Source: a virus
Taxonomy: Duplodnaviria > Caudoviricetes
Reading direction: 5' to 3' (one strand)
Length of the DNA stretch: 41,043 bases
IMG/VR virus record: IMGVR_UViG_3300037419_002305
Coordinates: 1-41,043 of that record
Shown: positions 9,510 to 18,148 of the stretch, in pieces
Position numbering within the stretch: the first letter of the stretch is position 1
Layout of the letters: each line of letters starts with the position of its first letter
Position numbers and translations under genes: made by a program
Notes under the pieces: generated by a model
What the model was told of the DNA's origin: nothing
The model's database searches: none
Seen by the model: only the letters and a program-made list of their open reading frames with translations

Positions 9510-10508
9510 ATGAGTTTAAAAACCCAAACCGCTAAACAGTATCGTGCCCGTTACCCTGAGAAGCCTACACTTGCACTAGCCCGCATTCTTTACCAAGAAA
9601 ACCGCCTGCTGTTTAAAGACGTGGAAGCCGCCCGTTCCATCCTTCGTTATATCGAAGGGAAGGCAGGGGCGCTGAGAAGAAAATCCGTCAAAGATAGCGA
9701 GTTTTTGCGCTCCGACCCGCGCCCTTACAACCCCTATAACCTGCCCGAAAGCCACCAACAGGAACGCACCCCCTATAAACTGCCCACGGCGTGTAATAAC
9801 GTGCTGTTGATTTCCGATCTGCACATTCCCTACCATGACATTCACGCTATCACCATCGCTTTGGATTATGGCAAAAAACATAAAGTCAACACCATTTTTA
9901 TCAACGGTGATTTGATCGATAACCACCAGGTCAGCCGCTTTGAACGGGATCCTAAAAAACGAAGCGTGAAGCAGGAGTTCGATGCCACCAAAGAGTTTTT
10001 ACGGGTGCTTAGAAAAACCTTCCCTAAAGCATCTATTTACTGGCTCAAAGGCAACCACTGCATAAGGTGGGAAAAGTTTCTTTTGCAAAAGGCCTCGGAA
10101 ATCTGGGACGATGACTATTTCCATTTAGAACAACGCCTGCGCCTCTCGGAAGAAAGGGTTACGCTGCTGGATGACAAGACCCTGGTTAAGATCGGTAAGC
10201 TTTCGGTGACCCACGGCCACCTGATATTTAAGGGAGTTTTTACCCCGGTCAACCCTTCCCGGGGAGCGTTTTTAAGGGCCAAGCAAAGCGTGCTGGTGGG
10301 GCATTTGCACCGGGCTTCCCACCACCCGGAAATCACGATGGACGGGGACACGATCTCGTGCTGGTCGGTGGGTTGCCTGGCAGAATTAAAACCCGATTAT
10401 TCGCCTTTGGTTAGTAACTGCCAGCATGGTTTTGCCCATATCATAGTGGAGCCGAACGGGGATTACCAGGTTAAAAATTATCAGATCATCCGGGGTAAAA
10501 TCTACTAA
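9510..10508 (+). CDS. calcineurin-like metallophosphoesterase
   Basis: SDLH, NGDLID, GNH, HGH, GHLH motifs in canonical order. Confidence 0.88.
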   Translation: MSLKTQTAKQYRARYPEKPTLALARILYQENRLLFKDVEAARSILRYIEGKAGALRRKSVKDSEFLRSDPRPYNPYNLPESHQQERTPYKLPTACNNVLLISDLHIPYHDIHAITIALDYGKKHKVNTIFINGDLIDNHQVSRFERDPKKRSVKQEFDATKEFLRVLRKTFPKASIYWLKGNHCIRWEKFLLQKASEIWDDDYFHLEQRLRLSEERVTLLDDKTLVKIGKLSVTHGHLIFKGVFTPVNPSRGAFLRAKQSVLVGHLHRASHHPEITMDGDTISCWSVGCLAELKPDYSPLVSNCQHGFAHIIVEPNGDYQVKNYQIIRGKIY

Positions 10509-10509
10509 C

Positions 10510-10710
10510 ATGAATATCCTTACAAAAATCGAAGAACTCTATGAAGAGGGAACCCGATCCAAAGAAGAACGAAGAAAACCCTTCCCGGGGCTACCCAACT
10601 ATTTTGAAGCCGTGTACCCGGAAGATTATAGAAGAACTGATGGGAAAAAAGTTGAGGCTGGAAAGGGATCTACAGGAAGTGACAAGGGAACTGAGACGGA
10701 TAATCTATGA
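10510..10710 (+). CDS. hypothetical protein
   Basis: ORF directly after the phosphoesterase; ends at a repeat copy. Confidence 0.4.
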   Translation: MNILTKIEELYEEGTRSKEERRKPFPGLPNYFEAVYPEDYRRTDGKKVEAGKGSTGSDKGTETDNL

Positions 10711-10780
10711 ATTATGAGCCAGGAGTCCACCGATCTATTAAGCCCAGTTGCGTCGCACTCGTGTACGCCTTGTAATTCTA
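10710..10780 (-). repeat. dispersed cassette-end repeat, left-type copy 3 (no partner seen)
   Basis: attatg-agccagg...cta...gttgcgtcgcactc...gtaattcta. Confidence 0.85.
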
Positions 10781-10850
10781 TTGAGCAATAAGGCTCAAAC
10801 AGTTCTTTGACATATTGGAAGGAATGTTGCAAAAAAAAGTTGTAAAAATA

Positions 10851-10882
10851 TTTGGTGTAACTAAAAAGTTACACTATCTTTG
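10851..10882 (+). promoter_or_regulatory. Bacteroidota sigma-A promoter with palindromic operator as spacer
   Basis: TTTG-N20-TATCTTTG; the spacer is gtgtaact-aaaa-agttacac. Confidence 0.8.
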
Positions 10883-10892
10883 ATGTATTAAA

Positions 10893-11141
10893 ATGAACAA
10901 GATGGCAACTCAAACATTTCCACAATTAGGTGATACACTTAAAGTAAGACTATTTACCTATAAGTCACGTCGCCATTACGGCGGCAGGGATGTGACCACA
11001 TTCCCACATATATGCAATGCTAAGTTTTTGTATCAGCAAACGCAATGGTCATTTGTAGTTGAACTTCTTGAACCATGTGCGGCATTCCCGGCAGGACACA
11101 AGATTGCAGTTATAGAAAAGGATTTTAATATTACAGAATGA
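10893..11141 (+). CDS. hypothetical protein
   Basis: First ORF after the promoter; lower-GC region. Confidence 0.6.
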   Translation: MNKMATQTFPQLGDTLKVRLFTYKSRRHYGGRDVTTFPHICNAKFLYQQTQWSFVVELLEPCAAFPAGHKIAVIEKDFNITE

Positions 11142-11317
11142 TTTGGAATTACATAAAGGCAGATAGCTTTTTTCGGGACTATCTGCCTCAAATCAAAAGC
11201 TATAAGCATAAAATAAGGGGCAAGAACGGCAGGGGTAATCCTGTTGATTTTTCACCAGAAGAAAGGAAGGAAATAAAACGAGCATTACGGAAATTAATGA
11301 AGGACATAGGCAGCTAA
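11138..11317 (+). CDS. small basic DNA-binding protein (DUF5053-like), not in ORF track
   Basis: 59 aa, ATGA overlap; KIRGKNGRGNPVDFSPEERKEIKRAL resembles the DUF5053 C-terminal pattern as recalled. Confidence 0.55.
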   Translation: MIWNYIKADSFFRDYLPQIKSYKHKIRGKNGRGNPVDFSPEERKEIKRALRKLMKDIGS

Positions 11318-11365
11318 ATAACCCCCCTATCTTCATACATAGTTTTTCATAGGATAAAACAACCC

Positions 11366-11602
11366 ATGACTATGACAGAAAGAAAGCAACTGAAAAAGCA
11401 GCTATCCAAGCTAAAGGCCTATAAAAGGAATTTGCCCCGGCTGATTGACTGTTCTACAGTGTACGGGGATGAAGTTTTTACCCAAAAGGATTATGCCTTA
11501 GTTGATGAACGGATAAAAGACATAGAAAACAAAATCGCAGCCATCGATGAAAACAAAGAACCTGCCTCAAAAGCCTATGACCATGTAGGCTGCGCTAAAT
11601 AA
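11366..11602 (+). CDS. hypothetical protein
   Basis: ORF with A-rich start. Confidence 0.55.
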   Translation: MTMTERKQLKKQLSKLKAYKRNLPRLIDCSTVYGDEVFTQKDYALVDERIKDIENKIAAIDENKEPASKAYDHVGCAK

Positions 11603-11611
11603 ATAAAAGTT

Positions 11612-11785
11612 ATGGACAACGAAGTATATGAAGCCATCTGCAAGCTGTTAGAAGGCTTTGGTTTTGAAAAATGCATTAACGGCGATATGTATAGGCGTTC
11701 TACCGGATGTCGGTTTGATTTTGAGTGCCTATCTTCCTATCCATCGGTAGTGGATTTTCAACTGGAATGGCATTACGCTAAATAA
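11612..11785 (+). CDS. hypothetical protein (57 aa), not in ORF track
   Basis: MDNEVYEAICK...EWHYAK*, A-rich start. Confidence 0.5.
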   Translation: MDNEVYEAICKLLEGFGFEKCINGDMYRRSTGCRFDFECLSSYPSVVDFQLEWHYAK

Positions 11786-11838
11786 AGAACCTTCGCCCCC
11801 TTGGTTTTTCATAGGATATTGGACCCTGGGAAAAAGGA

Positions 11839-11863
11839 CCGCTAACAAAATAGCGGCTTTTTT
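11839..11863 (+). terminator. intrinsic terminator
   Basis: ccgcta-acaaaa-tagcgg then T6. Confidence 0.7.
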
Positions 11864-11918
11864 ATTCAGAAACCCCAACGTTAACAAAAGGCCGATCCTG
11901 TTGCAAATCCCTTTGCTT

Positions 11919-12154
11919 GTCCGTACCTAATCCGTAAAAATTGAAACACATTCATTTTATAGCTGAAAATCAATTGATTAAAATAAAAAAAGTGTCCTGG
12001 TTCGGGACAAAGCGGCCTGTTTTGGCAAATATAAGCCCAGAGCGGGTTTTGCTAAATTAAAGCGCAAGTGCAGGTCTGGCTTAAGTTTCACCGGATGGGA
12101 TTGATTGGGGCAGATTGAGGCAAAATGACTATTTTAGTCCGTAAATAGTCCGTT
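11919..12154. other. putative attP region
   Basis: Tandem RTCCGTW repeats at 11-bp spacing on both sides (11919/11930; 12137/12148); IHF-consensus aatcaattgatta 11968-11980; tgtcc-N7-ggaca 11993-12009; adjacent to integrase. Confidence 0.65.
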
Positions 12155-12162
12155 TTTCTATT

Positions 12163-13401
12163 ATGCCATCCTTTATTTTAGACCGCCCATCCTGTAAAGA
12201 AGCTACCTATATCATGCTGCACCTACGTTGCGCAGACGGTGTGTTTCGTCGCTCGATCAAAGAAAAAATCCACCCGACCCGCTGGGACTTCCAAACCCAA
12301 CGCCCGGTGATCTGGGATAAAAAAGACAAGCTGCAGGCCGCTCAACTCATTAAGGTCAATAAGATCTTTGAAGGGTTTACCGATTTAAAACTGTCGGCCA
12401 CCCTGTCGGGAGAACCCCTTACTAAACAAAGGGCCGAAGAAACCTTAAACCGCCTTTTGGGTGTCCCGGAAAAGACCGCTGTTAGCTTTGAGGAAGGCTC
12501 CCAAGTCATTTTAGAGGAAATGCGCTCTGGTGCGCTTCTGACTCCCAAAGGAAAACGCTACGCCGAGTGGTCCATCAAGCAACACAACCTGACCCGCAAC
12601 AACCTGTTAAAGTTTCAGAAGGCCAAACGGGTCTCTATAGAATTTAAGGACGTAACCATTCTTACCTATTATAAATTCATTGAGTATTGCAATGAGCAGA
12701 ATTGGGCCTTAAACTCAGTGGGCACGTATATCAAAAACTGGCGGCAGTTCCTAATGAGGGGCCACGAAAAAGGCTGGCATAAAAACCAGATCCACGAACA
12801 CAAAGACTTTAAAATCCTTTCAGAAGAAACCTACGACATTTATTTAACCCAACAGGAGCTTAAAAAAATAATCAAGGCCAAGCACTCCGGGGAAAGACAG
12901 ATAGCCAGGGATTGGTTTTTGATCGGCTGTTATACCGCACTGCGCATCTCGGATTTAAAGGTTTTAGACGAGCGTAAAGTTTTCGGGGATTTTTTGGTGC
13001 TGACAACGGAAAAAACAGATGAACGGGTAGAAATTCCCGTACACCCCACGGTGAAAAGCATTATCCAACGCTACAAAGGGTTTCCTCCGGCTATGTCGGA
13101 CGTAGACATTAACCGGGAAATCAAAGAAGTGGCAAAACAGGCCGGCATTAAAGAAAAGGTGCTGTACTCTGTAACCGAAGGCGGGGTACGAAAGGATTAC
13201 TGGCTGGAAAAGTGGCAGATGGTCTCGCTGCATACCGCCCGCCGTACCATGATTACCAATGCCCGGCTGATGCAAATGCCCGATTCCGTGGTCATGAAGC
13301 TGGCCGGCATCCGCTCCATTAAGACCCTGCTGCGCTACGACAAGCTCTCCCAAAGCCAGGCGGCCCACATAGCGGCGGCCCATTCGTTTTTCAAGGGGTA
13401 A
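12163..13401 (+). CDS. int: tyrosine integrase
   Basis: TALRISD, K, HTARRT and C-terminal Y (LLRYDK); arm-binding and SAM-like N-terminal regions; 412 aa. Confidence 0.95.
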   Translation: MPSFILDRPSCKEATYIMLHLRCADGVFRRSIKEKIHPTRWDFQTQRPVIWDKKDKLQAAQLIKVNKIFEGFTDLKLSATLSGEPLTKQRAEETLNRLLGVPEKTAVSFEEGSQVILEEMRSGALLTPKGKRYAEWSIKQHNLTRNNLLKFQKAKRVSIEFKDVTILTYYKFIEYCNEQNWALNSVGTYIKNWRQFLMRGHEKGWHKNQIHEHKDFKILSEETYDIYLTQQELKKIIKAKHSGERQIARDWFLIGCYTALRISDLKVLDERKVFGDFLVLTTEKTDERVEIPVHPTVKSIIQRYKGFPPAMSDVDINREIKEVAKQAGIKEKVLYSVTEGGVRKDYWLEKWQMVSLHTARRTMITNARLMQMPDSVVMKLAGIRSIKTLLRYDKLSQSQAAHIAAAHSFFKG

Positions 13402-13518
13402 GGACATGACTATAATGGTAATTACCTATGATCTAAAAAAATAATTTTAGCAGGACAACTTACTATAATCAATTTTCGTCTATATTGCTTATGTAAAATA
13501 TTCGTACTAACAACGTAC

Positions 13519-13670
13519 TTGCTTCATCTCGAATCGGCAGTTCCAGACACCCGAAGCAGTGCATTGGATGTCCATGTCTTAATAGGCGTGGCTCCATCCT
13601 TTGCTTCGGGTGGGTTCTGCCGAACCTGAGATGAAGTAAAGGCTCTGGTAGCTGCGCCTATTTATTTATC
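13519..13670 (+). promoter_or_regulatory. long structured RNA element with alternative pairing
   Basis: Five stacked helices 13519-13639; 13583-13593 can also pair with 13650-13660, which precedes a T-rich tract. Confidence 0.6.
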
Positions 13671-13898
13671 GCCTGCCCCCCTAACCAGACTTTTCAAACA
13701 ATTTTATTAACCGACAAACTAACGATCATGCAAAATGTGAGAAACTTTTTTTATGCTAAAATTTGTAGCAATCCCTTCAATGTAGTAGTTTCACCCTCCA
13801 CAATTTTTTAAAGCACGATTAATACCTGAGTACTATGAGAATTTGTTCTTTGTGTGAGAAATCCAAAACCGGCTGCAGCTACATGAAAGCTTCCCCCT

Positions 13899-14372
13899 CT
13901 ACCCGCGCGATTTGCTGTGAGAAGTACGCAAGGGCTTTAGCCCTGCTTCAAGCGCCTCAGAAACCTGCTGAACAGCCTCTTTTTGCCCTTCAAGAATCCG
14001 CTGGGCCAACAGCTCCATATCTGTCTTCATTTGGGCTAAATTAGCCTCCAGCCGCCTTGTGGCCGCTTCCTTTTCCTTAAGAAGCTGTTCCAAAAGTTCA
14101 TTACTTCTGCGCAGCTGCGCGATGTAGAGTTTTTCAAAATCCTGTTCCCCACCGGGGTCAGGATTTTGTGTTTTGTAGACCTCTGTATATTTTTTGTAGA
14201 CCTCCGGTGGCACGTTGCGCTGACCCTTACGAACCAGGCTTAAGGCATTTTCGTGCCAGTGGAGTTTGTCGGCAACCACCTTATAGGAGGGTTCAAGCCC
14301 GCCTTCAACAAGCTCTGTCACCTCTTTTGCAAATTCTTTGCTGCGTTGGTTTTGTTCAAAAGTCTTTGACAT
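13899..14372 (-). CDS. cI-like repressor (HTH plus coiled coil)
   Basis: SYKVVADKLHWHENALSLVRKGQRNVP XRE-like HTH; only credible minus-strand gene; divergent from cro-like gene. Confidence 0.75.
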   Translation of the reverse strand: MSKTFEQNQRSKEFAKEVTELVEGGLEPSYKVVADKLHWHENALSLVRKGQRNVPPEVYKKYTEVYKTQNPDPGGEQDFEKLYIAQLRRSNELLEQLLKEKEAATRRLEANLAQMKTDMELLAQRILEGQKEAVQQVSEALEAGLKPLRTSHSKSRG

Positions 14373-14425
14373 TCAACGAGTAAGTTAACAACCAAAAAAT
14401 ATTTTTAAGAAAATGTAGATTTTTG

Positions 14426-14456
14426 TTTGTTTTTTGAAATTAGTTGTATAGATTTG
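14426..14456 (+). promoter_or_regulatory. early rightward promoter
   Basis: TTTG-N19-TAGATTTG upstream of cro-like gene. Confidence 0.7.
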
Positions 14457-14475
14457 TATAGACAAACGAACAGAA

Positions 14476-14718
14476 ATGAAGCAGCCCCCTAATTTAAAAA
14501 AACAATGTGCCGACCAGCTCAAACGGATGTCGGACAGCGTGTCTTTTCAAGACAAGGAGGACGCCGCTAAGCAGTTGGGCGTTCATCTTAATACGGTCAA
14601 CAACTATATACAAGGCTCAATAGGAAACGTGGACAAGGCACTGGAATTAATTGAATTTCTCACGGAAAGAATTATCCAAAAAACCAATCGGCTCAAACAG
14701 GTGACAACAGCCGCCTAA
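14476..14718 (+). CDS. Cro-like HTH protein
   Basis: DAAKQLGVHLNTVNNYIQG HTH; divergent from repressor. Confidence 0.75.
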   Translation: MKQPPNLKKQCADQLKRMSDSVSFQDKEDAAKQLGVHLNTVNNYIQGSIGNVDKALELIEFLTERIIQKTNRLKQVTTAA

Positions 14719-14743
14719 TAAATATAATAAAAAATTATTTCAA

Positions 14744-15004
14744 ATGGACCTGGAGTTGAAACGAGAGCTGGACCGGATTAATCAAAAACTGACCACCCTT
14801 TTGCAGGAGCGAAGGCCAAAGCCTTGCTGGGTCCGGGCCAAGATCATTATGCAGCTCACCGGCTGGAATGGAGAGGAAATGCGCCAGGCCAGGGAAAACG
14901 GTTACATCCAATATAAAGAGGAAAACGGACTGTGGTATGATTTGGAATCCCTGCCCAAGGTATTGATTCGGAATCTTAAACCCCTTGAAGTCGTTCAGTC
15001 TTAA
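14744..15004 (+). CDS. excisionase-like/winged-helix DNA-binding protein
   Basis: WV...IMQLTGW....MRQARENG.I......WY pattern; position after cro. Confidence 0.5.
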   Translation: MDLELKRELDRINQKLTTLLQERRPKPCWVRAKIIMQLTGWNGEEMRQARENGYIQYKEENGLWYDLESLPKVLIRNLKPLEVVQS

Positions 15005-15101
15005 AAGGCGCCTAACACCCTTTTTTAAACGAAAAAACCCTGTGTCACATCCGCCAAGATCGAAACAGGGTTTCATTAGACAACAATTAAAATATTGTTC
15101 T

Positions 15102-15572
15102 ATGGGACAAAATTATTCAACTGCCACCAAACCACAAAATTCTTTCATGCCACCGACTCTACGGATTCAAACCACCGTTCAGGTATTTGACGTGGTTGAA
15201 CTGGATGTTCATCTTCCTTACTACTGCAAAACCGATGAAGTGTATTATAGGGTCGTGACACCCACCCATGCGCTGCGTGTCACCGTAAATAATGACTTCA
15301 GTACGCTTATGATTTGCAATCCCGAATACGAGCATACCAAACAGGAAATTGCTAAAGCACCCGCCTGTACAGAACATGAATTTTACCAGGCCTTTTTAAA
15401 AGCCTATAACAATATCCAAAAGGTAGCGGTGATGAATTGGGAGCCGAAAGAGGGGTCAGAAGCTACTCAGGAAGAAGACCCCAACATCTACCATGAGACT
15501 ATAACCGAAGAAAGGTTATTTGATGAACCATTTGCTAACGAACTGTACGAAAGAGAGGAGGGCTTGTCATGA
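15102..15572 (+). CDS. hypothetical protein
   Basis: ATG 15102 preferred over 14985; coupled to next gene. Confidence 0.55.
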   Translation: MGQNYSTATKPQNSFMPPTLRIQTTVQVFDVVELDVHLPYYCKTDEVYYRVVTPTHALRVTVNNDFSTLMICNPEYEHTKQEIAKAPACTEHEFYQAFLKAYNNIQKVAVMNWEPKEGSEATQEEDPNIYHETITEERLFDEPFANELYEREEGLS

Positions 15573-15853
15573 ACACACAACACACCCCCGCACCTTGGAA
15601 AGTCAATGAAGAGTTGGACAGTTATGTTATTTCAGATTGTTCAGAAGAGGGGCTTTTTATTTCAAGAGTTTGGAAACATTGGCATAACTCAGAAGCTAAT
15701 GCCCGGCTTATAGCCGCTGCACCGGAACTTTTGGAGGCTTTGGAAAACCTCATGGAGTGGTGCGCATGGAATGTAAACGTAGCACACTTTCCAGAATATG
15801 ATATTGCTTTTAAAGTCATCGCAAAAGCCACCGGCAAAAAGGAGGGTATATGA
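15569..15853 (+). CDS. conserved phage hypothetical protein
   Basis: HTPAPW...ANARLIAAAPELLEAL motif common in phage early regions. Confidence 0.75.
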   Translation: MNTQHTPAPWKVNEELDSYVISDCSEEGLFISRVWKHWHNSEANARLIAAAPELLEALENLMEWCAWNVNVAHFPEYDIAFKVIAKATGKKEGI

Positions 15854-16107
15854 ACACACTAACCAGCGAAAGCAAGCCCACCCTGATTGAAAGGTTCTTA
15901 AAGTATGAACTCTCCTATAAACAGATGTGCGTAGGAACGGTGCTGTTCTTTACTGTGCTAGTCCTGTTTTATGCCGCCTGTATGGTGTGGGGCATTCACC
16001 AGATCATAAACTATTTCAACGAAACGGCCAAAACCTCCGGGCCTATAGTAGTCCTGTGGAGTGCCAGCAGAATTAAAAAAGTATTCAAAACTAAAAAAGG
16101 TCAGTAA
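15850..16107 (+). CDS. membrane protein
   Basis: One long hydrophobic helix; ATGA coupling. Confidence 0.55.
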   Translation: MNTLTSESKPTLIERFLKYELSYKQMCVGTVLFFTVLVLFYAACMVWGIHQIINYFNETAKTSGPIVVLWSASRIKKVFKTKKGQ

Positions 16108-16111
16108 AGCT

Positions 16112-16495
16112 ATGAACATCAAAGATTATCTGCACTTGTATTTTAAATGTTGGGGCTTAGTAAGTGATTCCAAAAGTGAGATGTATGAAAACGGAGAATG
16201 GGTGCTAAGCTGTGGCGTACATGAAGCCGCAATGCTTGATGAGTTAAAATTCACCCCCATCCTGCGACCATTAAGTGATATAACAGAGGATGAGCTAATG
16301 GCTATCGGAGTTAAGCCTAAAAGAGAATGGCACGAGCCTACATTACAAGAATCAAAAAAATGGATAGTAGACAATCAGTATCTAGAGATATACTCAGCTA
16401 AAGAAGTTGCTTACCTGCTCTCCAAACACTTTGACCTTTTTGGCCTGATCGACGCTGGTCTTGCCATAGATAAAACAAAGGAGGCTGTTAAATGA
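16112..16495 (+). CDS. conserved phage hypothetical protein
   Basis: PILRPLSD...YLLSKHFDLFGLIDAGLAID motif. Confidence 0.7.
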   Translation: MNIKDYLHLYFKCWGLVSDSKSEMYENGEWVLSCGVHEAAMLDELKFTPILRPLSDITEDELMAIGVKPKREWHEPTLQESKKWIVDNQYLEIYSAKEVAYLLSKHFDLFGLIDAGLAIDKTKEAVK

Positions 16496-16623
16496 TCCCT
16501 GCCATATCCTATATGAACTGTGTACGGCAATTCGCCCTGGCTAACGGTTACAAATTCTTTACCCTAAAGGAAATGAAACGGGCCATCGCCGCCTATGAGA
16601 TTTATGGAGCCCTAAGAAACTAA
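16492..16623 (+). CDS. small hypothetical protein (43 aa), not in ORF track
   Basis: MIPAISYMNC...YGALRN*; ATG 16492 abuts the end of the previous ORF. Confidence 0.4.
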   Translation: MIPAISYMNCVRQFALANGYKFFTLKEMKRAIAAYEIYGALRN

Positions 16624-16670
16624 GAGAGCTAACCTAAGCACCCATTGTTAAACGACTAAATCACCTTGTT

Positions 16671-16901
16671 ATGAAAATGCTACTCTATTGCTGTGCCCTG
16701 CTGCTCCTGCTTACGAGCTGTACGACCAGCCGCTGCTATCCATCCAAACATTCGAGGGACTACGCCGTTTCGGACATTAAAACGCTTTACCAGGTCACCT
16801 ATACCTACAGGTGGGGTGCCAGGCGTATGCAAAAAACCGTATTGATGGAGTGTCTGCCACCGGAGCTTTCAGGGTACGTAAACCAAAAGGAGGGCAAATG
16901 A
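16671..16901 (+). CDS. small lipoprotein
   Basis: Hydrophobic leader with LTS-C lipobox. Confidence 0.6.
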   Translation: MKMLLYCCALLLLLTSCTTSRCYPSKHSRDYAVSDIKTLYQVTYTYRWGARRMQKTVLMECLPPELSGYVNQKEGK

Positions 16902-17172
16902 TATGGATAGTCGTAGCCTTACTGCTGGTGTGGATCTGGACTCCGGAGAAAGGGGGGCGCAAAAAAAGCAGTATCAAAAAGAGCAACGCCTCTTTGCGCT
17001 TCTTAAGCAAATCCCCCCAGAGACAATATTTAGAGACTATGTCCGAACCTCCCTCACCAGGGCCAGGTTTGGACAACTGATCTCAGAGTTAAAGGACCAG
17101 GCACGGGATGCCCCCGTAAGCCTAACGGAGGCGATTGGTGCAGAAGCGGTCGGGCTTTTAAACGAATTATAA
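16898..17172 (+). CDS. membrane-anchored hypothetical protein split over two frames (16898-17080 and 16903-17172)
   Basis: ATGA-coupled start gives a TM helix; the -1 frame continues after G6/A7 runs. Confidence 0.35.
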
Positions 17173-17360
17173 ACGCTCTTTCAACGAATTATTGAAAAAC
17201 CAGGCCACCATCCTTAACCCCACATGGAAATTATTTTAAAATGAATCGAAGGAAAGGATTTGGACAAAAAACGGTTTTTTCTAACAGTAGCAAGCAATCG
17301 TTAGCCGGCCTGTTGATCGCAGCGGGCCTCTTTTAAAAACAAAAGTTCTTTGAAACATAC

Positions 17361-17754
17361 TTAAAACCTGCTCAGAGTAATCAGACAGTAGATGATAATG
17401 CTTATGAGGCTGACGGGAGCAAAGCTGACCACTTCCCCGCTGTAAAGCCTAATGGGGTAAGTCTACAGCTATGACCAGTAGCGTTGTCGGATGAAAGAGA
17501 TAGAGCAAGTAGCGGCCTTTATCGATGCACACCCTTGCGTGATGGGTAGGCGACTGGCTGAGATAATATCAACAAGCGGTAACGAAAGCTCTATTCCCCT
17601 TTGGTCATGGGACAGGTTTTAAATTTTTGCCGGTAGCACCGTTGTAGGCTTTAATGTCAACGGACAACCGCTCTTTTTCATCCATAAGGAAAGCCTTTAA
17701 TAATTCTCTAGTTCAGGGGCTTTACAGAGTGGAGGCAGTAAAAAAGAAGCGGTT
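17361..17754 (+). ncRNA. candidate structured non-coding RNA(s)
   Basis: Closing stems ttaaaacctg/caggttttaa (17361-17622) and aaccgct-cttttt/aaaaagaagcggtt (17666-17754); internal helices; no ORF in the track. Confidence 0.55.
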
Positions 17755-17862
17755 TAAAACTTACTAAAAACGCACTTGGTTTAATTCTTAGGCCGAGTCA
17801 GGATTTCAAAACGGGGTGGATGTCTATTCGCCCCCATCGGTTTAATTCATATCAGTATGGAC

Positions 17863-17894
17863 GGCCCTTGTCCCTCTACTTGGGCCTCTTTTTT
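17863..17894 (+). terminator. terminator-like hairpin
   Basis: ggccc...gggcc followed by tctttttt. Confidence 0.5.
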
Positions 17895-17927
17895 AAAACA
17901 ACTAATGAACTCTAAAATAAACACGCT

Positions 17928-18065
17928 ATGAAAGCTTTGGACCCTACAGAACACCTGGATATAGAAGTAAGAGAAAGTGGCTTTGAAGATATCGGCTTTG
18001 ATGAGTGGGAGAAAGATGTTATACCAACGGATGCAGAAGGTATTGAGGATGAAGAGATGATGTAG
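17928..18065 (+). CDS. highly acidic 45-aa protein, not in ORF track
   Basis: MKALDPTEHLDIEVRESGFEDIGFDEWEKDVIPTDAEGIEDEEMM*; 17 D/E. Confidence 0.55.
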   Translation: MKALDPTEHLDIEVRESGFEDIGFDEWEKDVIPTDAEGIEDEEMM

Positions 18066-18126
18066 CCAGCAGCAGTGCTACTAGCATCGCCTGTTGTGTC
18101 ACTCCCTTGTGCGTTCAGTAATTCTA
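18056..18126 (-). repeat. dispersed cassette-end repeat, left-type copy 4
   Basis: gatgatg-tagccagc...ctactag...gttgtgtcactccc...gtaattcta. Confidence 0.88.
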
Positions 18127-18148
18127 TTAAACAAATAAAACCAACAAC

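Noticed and set aside
10669-10690. tacaggaagtgacaag as a 13th repeat copy
   Set aside because: Lacks the GACRCAA core and both conserved ends.
13835-14044. 69-aa plus-strand ORF
   Set aside because: Mostly antisense to the repressor's 3' part; insufficient support.
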